Below, piece by piece: positions 25,902 to 36,350 of a DNA stretch of 64,000 nt. Made by a program: the position numbers and the translations under genes. Numbering within the stretch: position 1 is the stretch's first letter; the number at the start of each line of letters is the position of its first letter. The stretch is from Streptomyces griseus. GTDB taxonomy: Bacteria > Actinomycetota > Actinomycetes > Nanopelagicales > Nanopelagicaceae. The notes under the pieces were generated by a model that saw nothing but the letters and a program-made list of their open reading frames with translations, ran no database searches and was not told the DNA's origin. The stretch is from the NCBI GenBank assembly GCA_945884695.1, contig CAMCYO010000004.1, positions 56,648-120,647 of the forward strand. The letters are read 5' to 3'.

Positions 25902-26762
25902 TCATCTAAATGCGCTAACAAACTCCATTGCATCTGCTACAGATGTTACGAGTTCGGCCGAACGTTCGCCAATGAGCCGATGGCAACCTTCACTTGTCGG
26001 GGAAGTAATCGGACCAGGAATCGCCATGACCGGGCGCATCAACTCAGCAGCATCTCTTGCCGTACGCAAAGAGCCACTCCTAAAAGCTGCTTCAACTACA
26101 AGTGTGGCTTTAGATAAAGAGGCGATCAATCGATTGCGAGTTAAGAATCGTGCAGGTATCGCATGCACGCCAGGCATTACTTCACTGACGAGTGCTCCAG
26201 TTTCTGCAATTTCTCTAAAGAGTCTTGCATTACCAGCGGGATAATTAACATCAATGCCAGTTGCCAAAACTGCGATGGTTATTCCTTCGGCGATAAGAGC
26301 GCCTTTGTGAGCAGCCGAATCAATGCCATATGCGCCACCACTGACAACGGCCCATTCGCGATCGACAAATCCAGATGCAAAATCTCCTGCAATCCGAACA
26401 CCATAATTTGTTGGATTTCGGGTGCCAACAATGGCAAGGGAGGGCACTGAGAGAAAGTGTGCATTTCCTTTTACTACCAACCCTATAGGTGCAATCGCTA
26501 AATCATTAAGTAATGCTGGCCAGATAATGTCATCTGGAGTTATAAAAGTTGCACCCACCTGATGGATTGCATCTAGAACTTCATCCGGATTATTCTTCTT
26601 GACGATCGAGAGCGTTCTCTCGAATTTTCCTTCGGCGTAACCACCACTACGAATCTTTTCGACAATCGCAACTGGCCCGTGTGAATCTATTTCGCGATTC
26701 CAGAATGTATTACCGCCCTCGATTGCCGAAAACAAAAGGGCTCGAGCTTGCATCTTAATCAC
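25902..26762 (-). CDS. dprA: DNA-processing protein DprA (Smf)
   Basis: LAIVGTRNPTNYG...VVSGGAYGIDSAAHKGAL...TIAVLATGID..YP.N. It sits in the conserved comM-dprA position. Confidence 0.85.
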   Translation of the reverse strand: MIKMQARALLFSAIEGGNTFWNREIDSHGPVAIVEKIRSGGYAEGKFERTLSIVKKNNPDEVLDAIHQVGATFITPDDIIWPALLNDLAIAPIGLVVKGNAHFLSVPSLAIVGTRNPTNYGVRIAGDFASGFVDREWAVVSGGAYGIDSAAHKGALIAEGITIAVLATGIDVNYPAGNARLFREIAETGALVSEVMPGVHAIPARFLTRNRLIASLSKATLVVEAAFRSGSLRTARDAAELMRPVMAIPGPITSPTSEGCHRLIGERSAELVTSVADAMEFVSAFR

Positions 26763-28279
26763 ATGCCAACGCCTTCCCGTAGAGAAAATGCTCGCTCTGT
26801 ATCTTCTAAAGTTGGCCTTGGGTGTTGGGCTAAATCAGCAATGCTCCAAGCAATTCGCATAATCTTATGAAGTCCACGCGCAGAGATACGTTCTTGGTCC
26901 AATTCAGAATGAAGAAAGCTCATAGCTTTGCGTTCAGGTTGGTAGAGAGTTCGCAGTGCCCGACTTGGAATTTGCGAATTCAATTTCCAGCCATCGTGTG
27001 CAAATCTTTGGCTTGCCATAGTGCGTGCGCTAATAACTCTTTTCCTAATAATTGCACTCGAAGTTCCAAGTTCGCTTTGCATAAGTTGTACTCTCCCTAA
27101 CGGTTCAACCTCCACCTTTAAATCGATTCGATCCATTAATGGCCCAGAAAGTTTGCTCAAATAGCGCCTCACTTGGTGTGATGAACATGTGCAATTTCGT
27201 CCACGCCCTGAAAACATTCCGCAAGGACAAGGGTTTGCAGCCAGTATCAATAGAAATTGCGCAGGGTAGGCCACACTTCCAACACTTCGGGTAATCGTGA
27301 TAGATCCAGATTCAAGTGGTTGGCGTAATGAATCTAGAACGCCAACTCCGCACTCAGGTGCCTCATCAATAAAAAGCACTCCACGATGTGCCAATGAACA
27401 TGCACCAGGGCGAATGTGGTGCGAACCTCCCCCAACCATGGCCACGCGAGTTGCAGTGTGATGAGGAGAGATAAATGGCGCACATGTTGATAAAGGCGAG
27501 CGAATACTTAATCCACCCGCAATTGAATGTAGCGCTGTTACCTCTAGTGACTCTTCACGTGAGAGTGGAGGCAAGATACCTGGAAGTCTCTGGGCGATCA
27601 TGGTCTTTCCAGTTCCGGGCGGGCCGATTAATAATAAATGGTGTCCACCCACGGCGGAAACTTCTGCTGCGAATCGACCAAGTTGTTGGCCAGCTACATC
27701 ACTGAAATCAAAAGAGCTATCCTCAAAATTTTCCTCTATTGCAAGCTCTTGTATCTGCGCTCTCTCACCTGTTCGCAACCAATGCAATAGCGTTTTGATA
27801 TCCTCCATTGGAATAACGCTCATCTCTGACATCAACGCAGCCTCTGCCATATTTGCTAACGGAACCACTGCAATACGAATTCCGTTTTTGTACGCTGCAA
27901 TAAGTGAAGGCAATACTCCTCGAACGCTTCGGATGCGACCATCCAGTGCGAGTTCGCCTAAATAAACAATCTCAGAGCTTTGTACAGATGGAATTACTCC
28001 CGATGCCACCATGAGAGCAATTGCAATGGGTAAATCAAATCCAGATCCACTCTTATGCATCCATGCGGGCGAAAGAGAAACTATAACTTTCTTATTTGGC
28101 CAAATTTCGCCACTGTTAACCAATGCCGACCGAACGCGATCTCGAGACTCTATCAGCGCAGTATCAGGTAACCCAAGTAGCGTGTAGCCGGGAAGACCAT
28201 CTGCAATATCAACTTCGACATTAACTACATGACCAGCTAGGCCAACGAGAGCAATAGATAGGCTCTGACCCAGACTCAT
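26759..28279 (-). CDS. YifB/ComM family Mg-chelatase-like AAA+ ATPase
   Basis: Lon-protease-like N-terminal domain; Walker A LLLIGPPGTGKTM; Walker B GVLFIDE; Cys cluster PCPCG...C.C. Confidence 0.9.
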   Translation of the reverse strand: MSLGQSLSIALVGLAGHVVNVEVDIADGLPGYTLLGLPDTALIESRDRVRSALVNSGEIWPNKKVIVSLSPAWMHKSGSGFDLPIAIALMVASGVIPSVQSSEIVYLGELALDGRIRSVRGVLPSLIAAYKNGIRIAVVPLANMAEAALMSEMSVIPMEDIKTLLHWLRTGERAQIQELAIEENFEDSSFDFSDVAGQQLGRFAAEVSAVGGHHLLLIGPPGTGKTMIAQRLPGILPPLSREESLEVTALHSIAGGLSIRSPLSTCAPFISPHHTATRVAMVGGGSHHIRPGACSLAHRGVLFIDEAPECGVGVLDSLRQPLESGSITITRSVGSVAYPAQFLLILAANPCPCGMFSGRGRNCTCSSHQVRRYLSKLSGPLMDRIDLKVEVEPLGRVQLMQSELGTSSAIIRKRVISARTMASQRFAHDGWKLNSQIPSRALRTLYQPERKAMSFLHSELDQERISARGLHKIMRIAWSIADLAQHPRPTLEDTERAFSLREGVGM

Positions 28280-28656
28280 AAAACGTTAGCTCTATATTCG
28301 ATGATATGTGAGCCATCTTTTTGCATCAGAACACCAGCACAATCAATTTGGAAATTGCTCCAGCGTCTTGAGTGACATGCCCGCCATGCCAGGCTTAATC
28401 GCTGTAATCGGGCAGCTTTTGCAGGAGTAATTGACTCTAAAGGTTGGCCAAATGCAAGTGATGAGCGAGTTTTGACTTCGACAAAGGCGACTGTGCCATT
28501 CGGGTAGAGCGCGACGATATCAATTTCGCCCTCTTTGATTCTCCAATTACGCTCGAGTATGTACACACCACGGTGATCAAGAAAATTTGCAATTACATCT
28601 TCGCCAAATTTTCCGAGCGCATAGTTCTTGCCCTCTAGTTTATTGTTCTCTGCCAT
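28276..28656 (-). CDS. YraN-family (UPF0102) endonuclease-like protein
   Basis: GEDVIANFL...ILERNWR...GEIDIVAL...VAFVEVKTR. Confidence 0.85.
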   Translation of the reverse strand: MAENNKLEGKNYALGKFGEDVIANFLDHRGVYILERNWRIKEGEIDIVALYPNGTVAFVEVKTRSSLAFGQPLESITPAKAARLQRLSLAWRACHSRRWSNFQIDCAGVLMQKDGSHIIEYRANVL

Positions 28657-28705
28657 AGTTTTGGCAGATTAACCCGATATAGCCAGTGACCTAGATAGAG
28701 AAAAT

Positions 28706-29332
28706 CTAGTGTGTGGAAAGCCTTGGGCTGTCTATAAGTTTAGAAATATTTGAAAATGTACGACGATGATCAGGGCACGGTCCCAGAGCGTGAAGTGCCG
28801 TTGTGTGGGCCGAAGTTATATAACCCTTGTGTCGAGCAAAACCATAACCTGGGTATTTAAGATCCAAGTCGCGCATTGCTCGGTCACGGGAAACTTTGGC
28901 AATAATTGATGCCGCGCTAATGGAAATCACAACTTGATCTCCTTTCCACACCGCAAGAGCCGGCACTCCTAAGCCATCAATTTCATAGCCATCGGTGAGA
29001 ACATAGTGTGGTTCTATTTCTAAACCCTGGACCGCTCTACGCATGCCATCTAAATTTGCAGCGTGCACTCCTCTTGAATCAACTTCCTCCACAGAAATTT
29101 CAAGAACAGAGATGGCGAGTGCGTGCTCATGAATGAGATCAAAGTGTTTCTCTCGCACACTTTCAGTTAACTCTTTTGAGTCACGAATCGGTGCAAGCAC
29201 TGGATCAAATGGATCTTTTAAGATGACGCTAGCAACGAACAATGGTCCTGCGCATGCGCCACGACCGGCTTCATCAACACCGGCTATCGGTGAAATTCCA
29301 GCCTCAAAGAGTTTGCGCTCAATTACTTTCAT
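28706..29332 (-). CDS. rnhB: Ribonuclease HII
   Basis: IAGVDEAGRGACAGPL, DSKELT, SIIAK...R, YGFARHKGY. Confidence 0.9.
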   Translation of the reverse strand: MKVIERKLFEAGISPIAGVDEAGRGACAGPLFVASVILKDPFDPVLAPIRDSKELTESVREKHFDLIHEHALAISVLEISVEEVDSRGVHAANLDGMRRAVQGLEIEPHYVLTDGYEIDGLGVPALAVWKGDQVVISISAASIIAKVSRDRAMRDLDLKYPGYGFARHKGYITSAHTTALHALGPCPDHRRTFSNISKLIDSPRLSTH

Positions 29333-29346
29333 GGCGCTCGGTGAAT

Positions 29347-30006
29347 TTAGCCTTTTTTAAGAACATCAATGCGATGAATAATTGTTGCATCCCGTGCTGG
29401 CCAGATAACAGCAACTACGCGTCCAACAACTTTGTTCACTGGAACAAATCCATCGTTAATGTCATCTGTGTGATATCGAGAATCTGCACTTGCAGATCGG
29501 TGATCACCCATCACCCAAATCTTGCCTTTAGGCACTGTTATTTCGAATTCGGTATCACTCGGGTCATCGCCTTCAATAATATAAGGCTCGGTTACCGAGA
29601 CTTCGTTGATTATGAGATGCTTTTTCTTGTCACAACAAATGATGTGATCTCCTGCAACACCAATAACTCTCTTTACTAAATGTTGTTTTGCTGGATCTGG
29701 AAGTACGCCCACTGCAATAAGGCCTTCTCGAATTTTTGAAATCAAAAAGGGCTCAATACTTTCAGGCGCCTCTCCTAGCCAATCGGCAGGGTCATGGAAT
29801 ACCACAACATCGCCACGCTTAATGGTTTTGGAGATGAATGGAACCTTATTGACTGCTACGCGATCTTGAATTTGAAGCGTAGTTTCCATGGAACCAGAAG
29901 GAATAAAGAAAAATTGTACAAGAAAGGTTTTAATGAGAAGAGATACGAGAAGTGCAACAACTACGAGTATAGGAAACTCGCGAAGGACTGATCCTTTGCG
30001 TGGCAT
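29347..30006 (-). CDS. lepB: Signal peptidase I
   Basis: N-terminal TM segment; IPSGSMETTL (catalytic Ser box); RGDVVVF; GDHRSASADSRY. Confidence 0.9.
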   Translation of the reverse strand: MPRKGSVLREFPILVVVALLVSLLIKTFLVQFFFIPSGSMETTLQIQDRVAVNKVPFISKTIKRGDVVVFHDPADWLGEAPESIEPFLISKIREGLIAVGVLPDPAKQHLVKRVIGVAGDHIICCDKKKHLIINEVSVTEPYIIEGDDPSDTEFEITVPKGKIWVMGDHRSASADSRYHTDDINDGFVPVNKVVGRVVAVIWPARDATIIHRIDVLKKG

Positions 30007-30015
30007 TACGAGAAG

Positions 30016-30468
30016 TTACGCCTGCTCGGCGGAAGCTTCTACCGTCTGCTCAACAATTTCCTCTGCAGGTGCCTGGGCAACGATTTCTTCTACGCGATCT
30101 GGAGTTGAAAGAATCTCGTCGCCAGCTCCGCGCTTTTCACGAATTTTTGCAGCTTTTCCACGCAAGTCGCGCAGGTAATATAACTTCGCACGACGTACAT
30201 CGCCTTTGCGAACAACTTCAATTTTTTCAATAACTGGTGTGTGTACTGGGAAGGTACGCTCGACTCCGACACCATAGGAAACTTTACGAATCGTAAATGT
30301 CTCACGAACGCCATCTCCTTGACGGCGAATAACAATTCCCTGGAATACCTGAAGGCGACTCTTGCTACCTTCGATAACGCGAACGTGGACTTTTAGTTCA
30401 TCTCCTGCGCGGAAAGTAGGAATATCCTTGCGAAGGGAGAGAGCGTCTACAGCATCAAGCACGTTCAT
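30016..30468 (-). CDS. rplS: 50S ribosomal protein L19, with an acidic C-terminal extension of about 30 aa
   Basis: [32 protein letters not shown]...[18 protein letters not shown]...RRAKLYYLR, followed by the tail ...[32 protein letters not shown]. Confidence 0.95.
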   Translation of the reverse strand: MNVLDAVDALSLRKDIPTFRAGDELKVHVRVIEGSKSRLQVFQGIVIRRQGDGVRETFTIRKVSYGVGVERTFPVHTPVIEKIEVVRKGDVRRAKLYYLRDLRGKAAKIREKRGAGDEILSTPDRVEEIVAQAPAEEIVEQTVEASAEQA

Positions 30469-30580
30469 TTCTTATCCTCATCATCGATCATGGCGATCTC
30501 TATCGCGAACGCCTAGTTAGGTGTAACTGGCGTAGGGCGCCTATCTTGCCACAGCACCCCTCATACCGCTAAATCGGTGC

Positions 30581-31354
30581 TCATTGCAGAACGGCCTTGG
30601 ATAAGGCTGGATGAAGGCTAGGTCCGGCGCAAACGGTGATTCCAGCCTCATTGGTGGTGAGAACAGCACCGGCCTCAATGGCAATGAGTCCCCCTGCAGC
30701 GCTATCCCATTCTTTAAGTCCTGATTCATAAAATCCATCAAATGCACCCATTGCGACGTAACATAAATCAACAGCAGCAGATCCCATGCGACGTAAATCT
30801 CTAATAAGTGGCAGTAACTGTGCAACGACTCTGCTCTGTTCGATACGTTTCTCAACATCGTATTCAAACCCTGTACCAATAAGTGCGCGCTCAAGAGTGA
30901 CAGGATCATTGCAAGAAATTGGCAGGCCATTAAAAAATGCGCCACCATTGCGAATTGCGGTCCATATCGAATTAACCGTTGGTGCATAAACAACTCCAAT
31001 GAGCGGACCATTTTCATCTCGCGCGCCAATGCTGATATTCCATCCTGGCAAGGCGTAGAGATAATTGACTGTTCCATCGATTGGATCGATTACCCACGTG
31101 ATTCCAGAAGTCGAAGGACAAGACGCGCCTTCTTCTCCAACAATTCCATCCAAAGGTCTTGCCTCTAATAGGGCATCCACTATCAAGTGCTCACTTGCTT
31201 TATCCATTTGAGTGGCAAAATCCAACGCTGAAGTTTTTGTGGAAATGTCGAAAGCTAATGGACGATTCAGAAGCATTTCACCTGCTTGGCGGGCAACGCG
31301 TACCGCTAGCGCCAATAAATCTTTATCCTCAATTGGATTATGCGAGTGTGGCAT
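30581..31354 (-). CDS. Inositol monophosphatase family protein (SuhB/ImpA/HisN-like)
   Basis: IVGEEG, WVIDPIDGTVNY, and a WDSAAG-type C-terminal motif (EWDSAAGGLI). Confidence 0.85.
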   Translation of the reverse strand: MPHSHNPIEDKDLLALAVRVARQAGEMLLNRPLAFDISTKTSALDFATQMDKASEHLIVDALLEARPLDGIVGEEGASCPSTSGITWVIDPIDGTVNYLYALPGWNISIGARDENGPLIGVVYAPTVNSIWTAIRNGGAFFNGLPISCNDPVTLERALIGTGFEYDVEKRIEQSRVVAQLLPLIRDLRRMGSAAVDLCYVAMGAFDGFYESGLKEWDSAAGGLIAIEAGAVLTTNEAGITVCAGPSLHPALSKAVLQ

Positions 31355-32587
31355 ATGAGCACTCTAACAAGTTATAGGCTCTGGTACATGTTTACGCCCT
31401 ACCGGGAACTTTTTCAAACACCAGGAGGGATTCGCTTTTCTTTTGCCGGGTTCATCGGACGTATGCCTATTTCAATGGATTCGTTAGCACTAATTTTTAT
31501 TGTTGTTCACGCATCTGGCTCCTACACACTTGCAGGTGCGCTGGCGGCAGTTGGGTCAGTAGTTGTTGCAATAGCGATGCCCTTCTGGTCTCGAATAGCA
31601 GATCGCGTGGGTCAAAAACGAACTCTTTCATTTGCGATTCCGATACGCATCGGGTCCTTAGCACTTTTCATTGCTTTAGTTAATCTCGATGCACCAGTCT
31701 GGACATGGTTTGCATCAATTATTTTTGCAGAAGCAACAGTAATTAATGCAGGAGGCATGGTTCGGCGCCGTTGGCTTTGGGCCCTCGGAGAGAACAGGAC
31801 CCTTATAAATACCGCCTACTCATATGAGGGTCTAATGGATGAGTTCGTTTTCATTCTTGGCCCTGTTATTGCAACTTTTTGCGCAACCTCAATCGCACCA
31901 TCTGCTGCTCTCATTGTTGGATTGGTTTTCATGTTTGTGGGCACAACATCTTTTGCTCTGCAAACAGCGACCGAACCTTCCCCACATCCACGCGATATTG
32001 ATGCACCTCATCCTGCCGTGATGAAAAATCCTGCTGTTCAGGCCGTCGTCGTCCCATCAATTTGTATTGGCGGATTTTTCAGTGCGGTTGCAATAGTTGT
32101 TGTTGCCTTCGCTCAAGAAGAACAATCACCAAATAGTACTGGTCTGCTATTGGCAATTTGGGGAGTAGGTAGCGGAGTATCTGCAATCTTCCATGGAGTG
32201 ATTAAATGGAAGATAAACTATGCAACTCGTTTCTTAATATTTTTCGCCGCTCTCACCGCTCTTTCTTTCCCTCTTATTTTCGTAACGAACTTTACTTTCT
32301 TAGCAATTGCGCTATTTTTTAATGGCTTGGCAATCGCTCCACTAATCGTCTCTGCATATGGGGTTGCCGAAACTGCTGTGCCACCTGCACAGATAACCGA
32401 AACTCTTGCTTGGGTAATAGCTGGCATGCCCTTGGGTGGTGCATTTGCTAGCGCTATCACTGGTTGGGTGATCGATAGACATGGGGCCCAAGATGCGTTT
32501 TGGGTTCCTTTTGGGTGCATGGCAATCGGCATGGCCCTTGCACTTACCTACTTTCGGACCTGGAATAGATTACGCTCAGCCGCGTGA
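31340..32587 (+). CDS. MFS transporter (start uncertain: 31340, 31355 or 31388)
   Basis: About 400 aa with 12 TM segments. The N-terminal YRELF...FAGFIGRMP motif is typical of actinobacterial MFS proteins. Confidence 0.75.
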   Translation: MRVWHMSTLTSYRLWYMFTPYRELFQTPGGIRFSFAGFIGRMPISMDSLALIFIVVHASGSYTLAGALAAVGSVVVAIAMPFWSRIADRVGQKRTLSFAIPIRIGSLALFIALVNLDAPVWTWFASIIFAEATVINAGGMVRRRWLWALGENRTLINTAYSYEGLMDEFVFILGPVIATFCATSIAPSAALIVGLVFMFVGTTSFALQTATEPSPHPRDIDAPHPAVMKNPAVQAVVVPSICIGGFFSAVAIVVVAFAQEEQSPNSTGLLLAIWGVGSGVSAIFHGVIKWKINYATRFLIFFAALTALSFPLIFVTNFTFLAIALFFNGLAIAPLIVSAYGVAETAVPPAQITETLAWVIAGMPLGGAFASAITGWVIDRHGAQDAFWVPFGCMAIGMALALTYFRTWNRLRSAA

Positions 32588-33375
32588 GTGAACTACGCCT
32601 AACAGGAAAATCCGCAGATGGAACACATCTGATGCTTACCGATGGCGCAGATGGCGAATTTACATTGCGCATCAGCGACACATTGCGAGCCAATGTAAAC
32701 CAACCTCGATTAGCAGCTGTTGTGGAAAATGAAACAGAGAATATATCGGTACGTGAAATTCAAGCCCGACTTCGCACTGGCGAACCAATGGAAGCGATTG
32801 CTCGAGATGCTCGATGTGCGATTGAAAAGATTGAACGATTCGCTGGGCCAATATTGCAAGAGCGCATTTACATTATCGATCTTGCCCAAGCAGTTGTGAT
32901 GCGTAAAGAAGGCGGGCGCGAACCAGTTACCTTTGCTGATGTCATCGTTGCCAGACTTGCCCCAAGACAAGTAGATATGAACGCTGTTGAATGGTCTACG
33001 TGGCGCTTAGTTGACGGTAGCTGGATACTACGAATTACTTTTCCGAACCGAGATGGAGTCGGCACTGCTGACTGGAGTTTTGATCTTACGCGCCGAGCAC
33101 TTGTTGCACTCGATGATGATGCGCGATGGATGTTGGGAGAAGAAGTTGCACCTGCGCGAACAACCGATCATGGATTGGTTTACGGAAATCATCCAACTCA
33201 AAATCGCTCCCCCGAACCCACAATAGGTCGTGAAGGCCCTCGCTTAGTTGCAATTCGCGAAACTCCCGATGAAGAAGCAGCAAAGGATGGAGTTACAGGG
33301 CGCGCAAAAGTTCCCTCTTGGGATGAAATCATGTTTGGAACTTCTAAGAAAAACGATGAAGGCTCTGACCTTTAA
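32584..33375 (+). CDS. sepH: Septation protein SepH (DUF3071)
   Basis: N-terminal MSELRLTGKSADGTHLMLTDGADGEFTLRISDTLRA and conserved C-terminal RAKVPSWDEIMFG. GTGA overlap with the MFS stop. Confidence 0.8.
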   Translation: MSELRLTGKSADGTHLMLTDGADGEFTLRISDTLRANVNQPRLAAVVENETENISVREIQARLRTGEPMEAIARDARCAIEKIERFAGPILQERIYIIDLAQAVVMRKEGGREPVTFADVIVARLAPRQVDMNAVEWSTWRLVDGSWILRITFPNRDGVGTADWSFDLTRRALVALDDDARWMLGEEVAPARTTDHGLVYGNHPTQNRSPEPTIGREGPRLVAIRETPDEEAAKDGVTGRAKVPSWDEIMFGTSKKNDEGSDL

Positions 33376-34472
33376 TGTACTTCGCACGACAAGAGCGGAA
33401 TTAATTTTTCTGCATCGCTCAACCCACCGTGATGGCCGACCATTTTAGATTCTTTCTCTTTCCTACCTGCTTCAATAAAAACCATAGTGCCTTTAGCAAT
33501 TGCAAGTACATCTCCCATGCGATCTCTCGCATCCGAAGTGACAACATCACCAAAAAGAGATGCGGTGATTGCTTCATCTTGCGTGTAAATATCGGCTCGC
33601 TCTCCTAGGAAATCCCTCCACGTCTGCGCAACCTCTTCTGCGCGATCTACTTGGTCAGATGGCAAATACAGATGCCTTGCTCTAGGTTCACCCGCAATCA
33701 ACGCAACTCGATCAAGGAGTGGATTATTGGCCCCGATGATAATTTTTTCCTCAGCATTTATCATTCCGTGATCTGCAGTAAGCCAAAGGCGTGTGCCTTT
33801 AGGAAGGTTTGATATGAGCGATGATGCAACGAGCTCTACATATGCCAGTGCATCTAGCCATTTTTCAGAGCCGACTCCATCGCTATGGCCTGCGACATCT
33901 AAATCATTTATATAGACATAAGCAAAAGCAGATGAATTTTTTAGCGCCTTTTTCGTTTCATCAACAAGGTCGGCAAGAATATTTGCCCTTCTGTAATGCG
34001 CTCCGCGAAAGGTTGCGCGAGTGAAACCAGAATTTTCATATCTCTTGGCTGCAATATGTGATACCGAGATACCCATTCTTGCTGCCCGTTGGAAAAGCGT
34101 TTCTACAGGCTGCCAGTTTTCTGGATCAACTCGCTCATCCCAATTGAGTGCATTGAGAATTCTTCCGCCACTTCGGGGAACACGTACCGTATATCCCAAC
34201 ATTCCATGTGTTCCTGGCAGCTCTCCTGTTGTGAAGGTTGTTAAAGCCGTTGCTGTTGTTGTCGGGAAAGTGCTTTGCAAAGGAGAAAAAGAATGCATCT
34301 TTGAAATTGTTGGAAGTGCATTTCTATATTCATCAATAACCGATGCGCCTAATCCATCAATAAGAAATAGGCATTCTCTGCCACTTGGGCTGGGGGAAAT
34401 ACCAAGTGGATTGCGAGTACCTGGGAGGCCAAGGGTTGAAAAGATTGACGGTGCTATGTCGGCTAAATGCAC
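33372..34472 (-). CDS. Alkaline-phosphatase superfamily protein (type I phosphodiesterase/nucleotide pyrophosphatase family)
   Basis: FLIDGLG, FPTTTATALTTFTTG, DVAGH and LTADHGM metal-ligand motifs. Confidence 0.8.
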   Translation of the reverse strand: MHLADIAPSIFSTLGLPGTRNPLGISPSPSGRECLFLIDGLGASVIDEYRNALPTISKMHSFSPLQSTFPTTTATALTTFTTGELPGTHGMLGYTVRVPRSGGRILNALNWDERVDPENWQPVETLFQRAARMGISVSHIAAKRYENSGFTRATFRGAHYRRANILADLVDETKKALKNSSAFAYVYINDLDVAGHSDGVGSEKWLDALAYVELVASSLISNLPKGTRLWLTADHGMINAEEKIIIGANNPLLDRVALIAGEPRARHLYLPSDQVDRAEEVAQTWRDFLGERADIYTQDEAITASLFGDVVTSDARDRMGDVLAIAKGTMVFIEAGRKEKESKMVGHHGGLSDAEKLIPLLSCEVH

Positions 34473-34509
34473 AGTGTCATCCTCTCATTAAATCCAGTAT
34501 CGTAACCCC

Positions 34510-35424
34510 GTGAGTGAAACTTTCCCAGCGGTAAAATATTCAGATGAAGTGCTTGGTGCTCGCAGAGTTGGATCACCCATAGTTGCCCTCGAGTCCACAA
34601 TTATTAGTCATGGCTTGCCTCGTCCAACTAACTTTGACGTTGCCCAGGAAGTTGAAGAAATTGTTCGCCAGCGCGGAGCAACACCTGCAACCATCGCAGT
34701 GCTCGATGGTGTGGTTCACATAGGTCTATCTGCTATACAACTTCGGGATATAGCCAATCGCGATGACATTCTTAAAGCTTCTAGTCGCGATTTAGCAATT
34801 GCTGTCGCCAGAAAGAAAAGCTCTGCAACAACTGTTGCTGCAACAGCTCACTTAGCAGTCCTCTGCGGAATTCATATATTTGCAACTGGCGGACTCGGGG
34901 GCGTACATAGAGGAGCAGGCCAATCCTTCGATGAATCAGCCGATCTAACTGCACTGTCTACTCTAGATATCACCGTTATCTGCGCCGGAGTTAAATCAAT
35001 TCTCGATGTTGGAGCAACACTTGAGCGATTAGAAACTCTTGCCATTGGTGTAGTTGGCTACCGCACACTGGCTTTTCCGGGATTTTACTTAACAGATTCT
35101 GGTTTCACTCTCGAGCATCAAGTTGAATCACCGAAAGCGATTGCATCGATTATCTCTGCCCGTCGTGCGCTTTCAACTAACAATTCAGCCCTACTCGTGG
35201 CCAATCCAGTATTGAATCAGATGGAGCCCTCACTTCACGAGCGCGTTCTTGCCTCTGGGTTGGCCCTTGCTTCCGCCCAAAACATTACGGGAAAAGATGT
35301 CACACCGTTCTTGCTCGAACATTTTCACACCCACAGCAATGGTGAATCACTTCGCGTGAATATAGAACTCATTAAATCAAATGCCGCATTGGCTGCAGAT
35401 ATTGCCGTAGCCAGCGCACTGTAA
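34510..35424 (+). CDS. psuG: Pseudouridine-5'-phosphate glycosidase
   Basis: VALESTIISHGLPRPTN...FATGGLGGVHRG...DISADL-type motifs; 304 aa. Confidence 0.9.
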   Translation: MSETFPAVKYSDEVLGARRVGSPIVALESTIISHGLPRPTNFDVAQEVEEIVRQRGATPATIAVLDGVVHIGLSAIQLRDIANRDDILKASSRDLAIAVARKKSSATTVAATAHLAVLCGIHIFATGGLGGVHRGAGQSFDESADLTALSTLDITVICAGVKSILDVGATLERLETLAIGVVGYRTLAFPGFYLTDSGFTLEHQVESPKAIASIISARRALSTNNSALLVANPVLNQMEPSLHERVLASGLALASAQNITGKDVTPFLLEHFHTHSNGESLRVNIELIKSNAALAADIAVASAL

Positions 35425-35430
35425 GCACAC

Positions 35431-36324
35431 ATGGCAAATTTATTATGCATAGGTGATGTCATGCTCGATGTCGTTGCAATCGTTCCTTCGCAGATCAATT
35501 ACGGAAGCGATACACCTTCGCAGATTTCAACACATGGTGGCGGAGCGGCTGGAAATGTAGCTTCATGGGCTCAAGTCTCAGGCGCACAAACTCAAATAAT
35601 TGCCCGAGTAGGCAACGACTCTGCAGGTATCGCTATTTTATCCGAGTTTGATGGACTTGGAGTCAGGTATAAAAATACGATTGTGCCAGGAGCGCGCACA
35701 GGCGTTGTTGTTATTTTAGTTGATCCATCGGGTGAGCGCACGATGTTTCCCGAAACTGGAGCAAATTCAGGCCTGACCTTAAATGATTTGCCGGAGTTAA
35801 AAGGTTTTCAAGCGGTATACATATCTGGCTATGCTCTACAAAATCCACAATCTAGGCCGGGCGTACTTGCCATGATCGATGTTATTCGTGAAAACAAAAT
35901 TCCGATTTTCTTTGACCCTGCAACTGTTGGCGGAATGAGTCAGGTTAATATTGCGGAAATACTACGATGGCTACCTTTAATGTCCACTCTCCTTCTCAAC
36001 GAAGAAGAAGCCATTTTTCTTACTCAAGAATCGGATGTAAGGGCATCACTAGAGGCTTTACTTCAATCCACTCCAACGGTTGTGATCAAAAGAGGCTCTC
36101 TGGGATCTATTGGAAAAACTAAAGATGGAGAACTTCACACCATCGAATCGATAGAAGTATCAATGCTCGATACCACTGGCGCGGGAGATTCATATGCAGG
36201 CGGATACATTGCATCGTGGTTGAAAAATCCCGATATTGCCCAATGTATGAAGGCAGGATCTTTGGTAGCTAGTCAATGTGTGGCAATAGTTGGGGCACGT
36301 CCGCAGGTCACTACCGAGATTTAA
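35431..36324 (+). CDS. psuK: PfkB-family carbohydrate kinase (pseudouridine kinase inferred from psuG adjacency)
   Basis: GGAAGNVA and C-terminal [13 protein letters not shown] motifs. It lies 6 nt downstream of psuG. Confidence 0.75.
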   Translation: MANLLCIGDVMLDVVAIVPSQINYGSDTPSQISTHGGGAAGNVASWAQVSGAQTQIIARVGNDSAGIAILSEFDGLGVRYKNTIVPGARTGVVVILVDPSGERTMFPETGANSGLTLNDLPELKGFQAVYISGYALQNPQSRPGVLAMIDVIRENKIPIFFDPATVGGMSQVNIAEILRWLPLMSTLLLNEEEAIFLTQESDVRASLEALLQSTPTVVIKRGSLGSIGKTKDGELHTIESIEVSMLDTTGAGDSYAGGYIASWLKNPDIAQCMKAGSLVASQCVAIVGARPQVTTEI

Positions 36325-36350
36325 CCCCAGTAGTTGGCATAATCACCGCC

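Noticed and set aside
36276-36350. The 5' extension of the ParC-like ORF ([16 protein letters not shown]...)
   Set aside because: It overlaps the end of psuK. The ATG at 36351 gives the Lys-rich N-terminus followed directly by conserved GyrA/ParC sequence.
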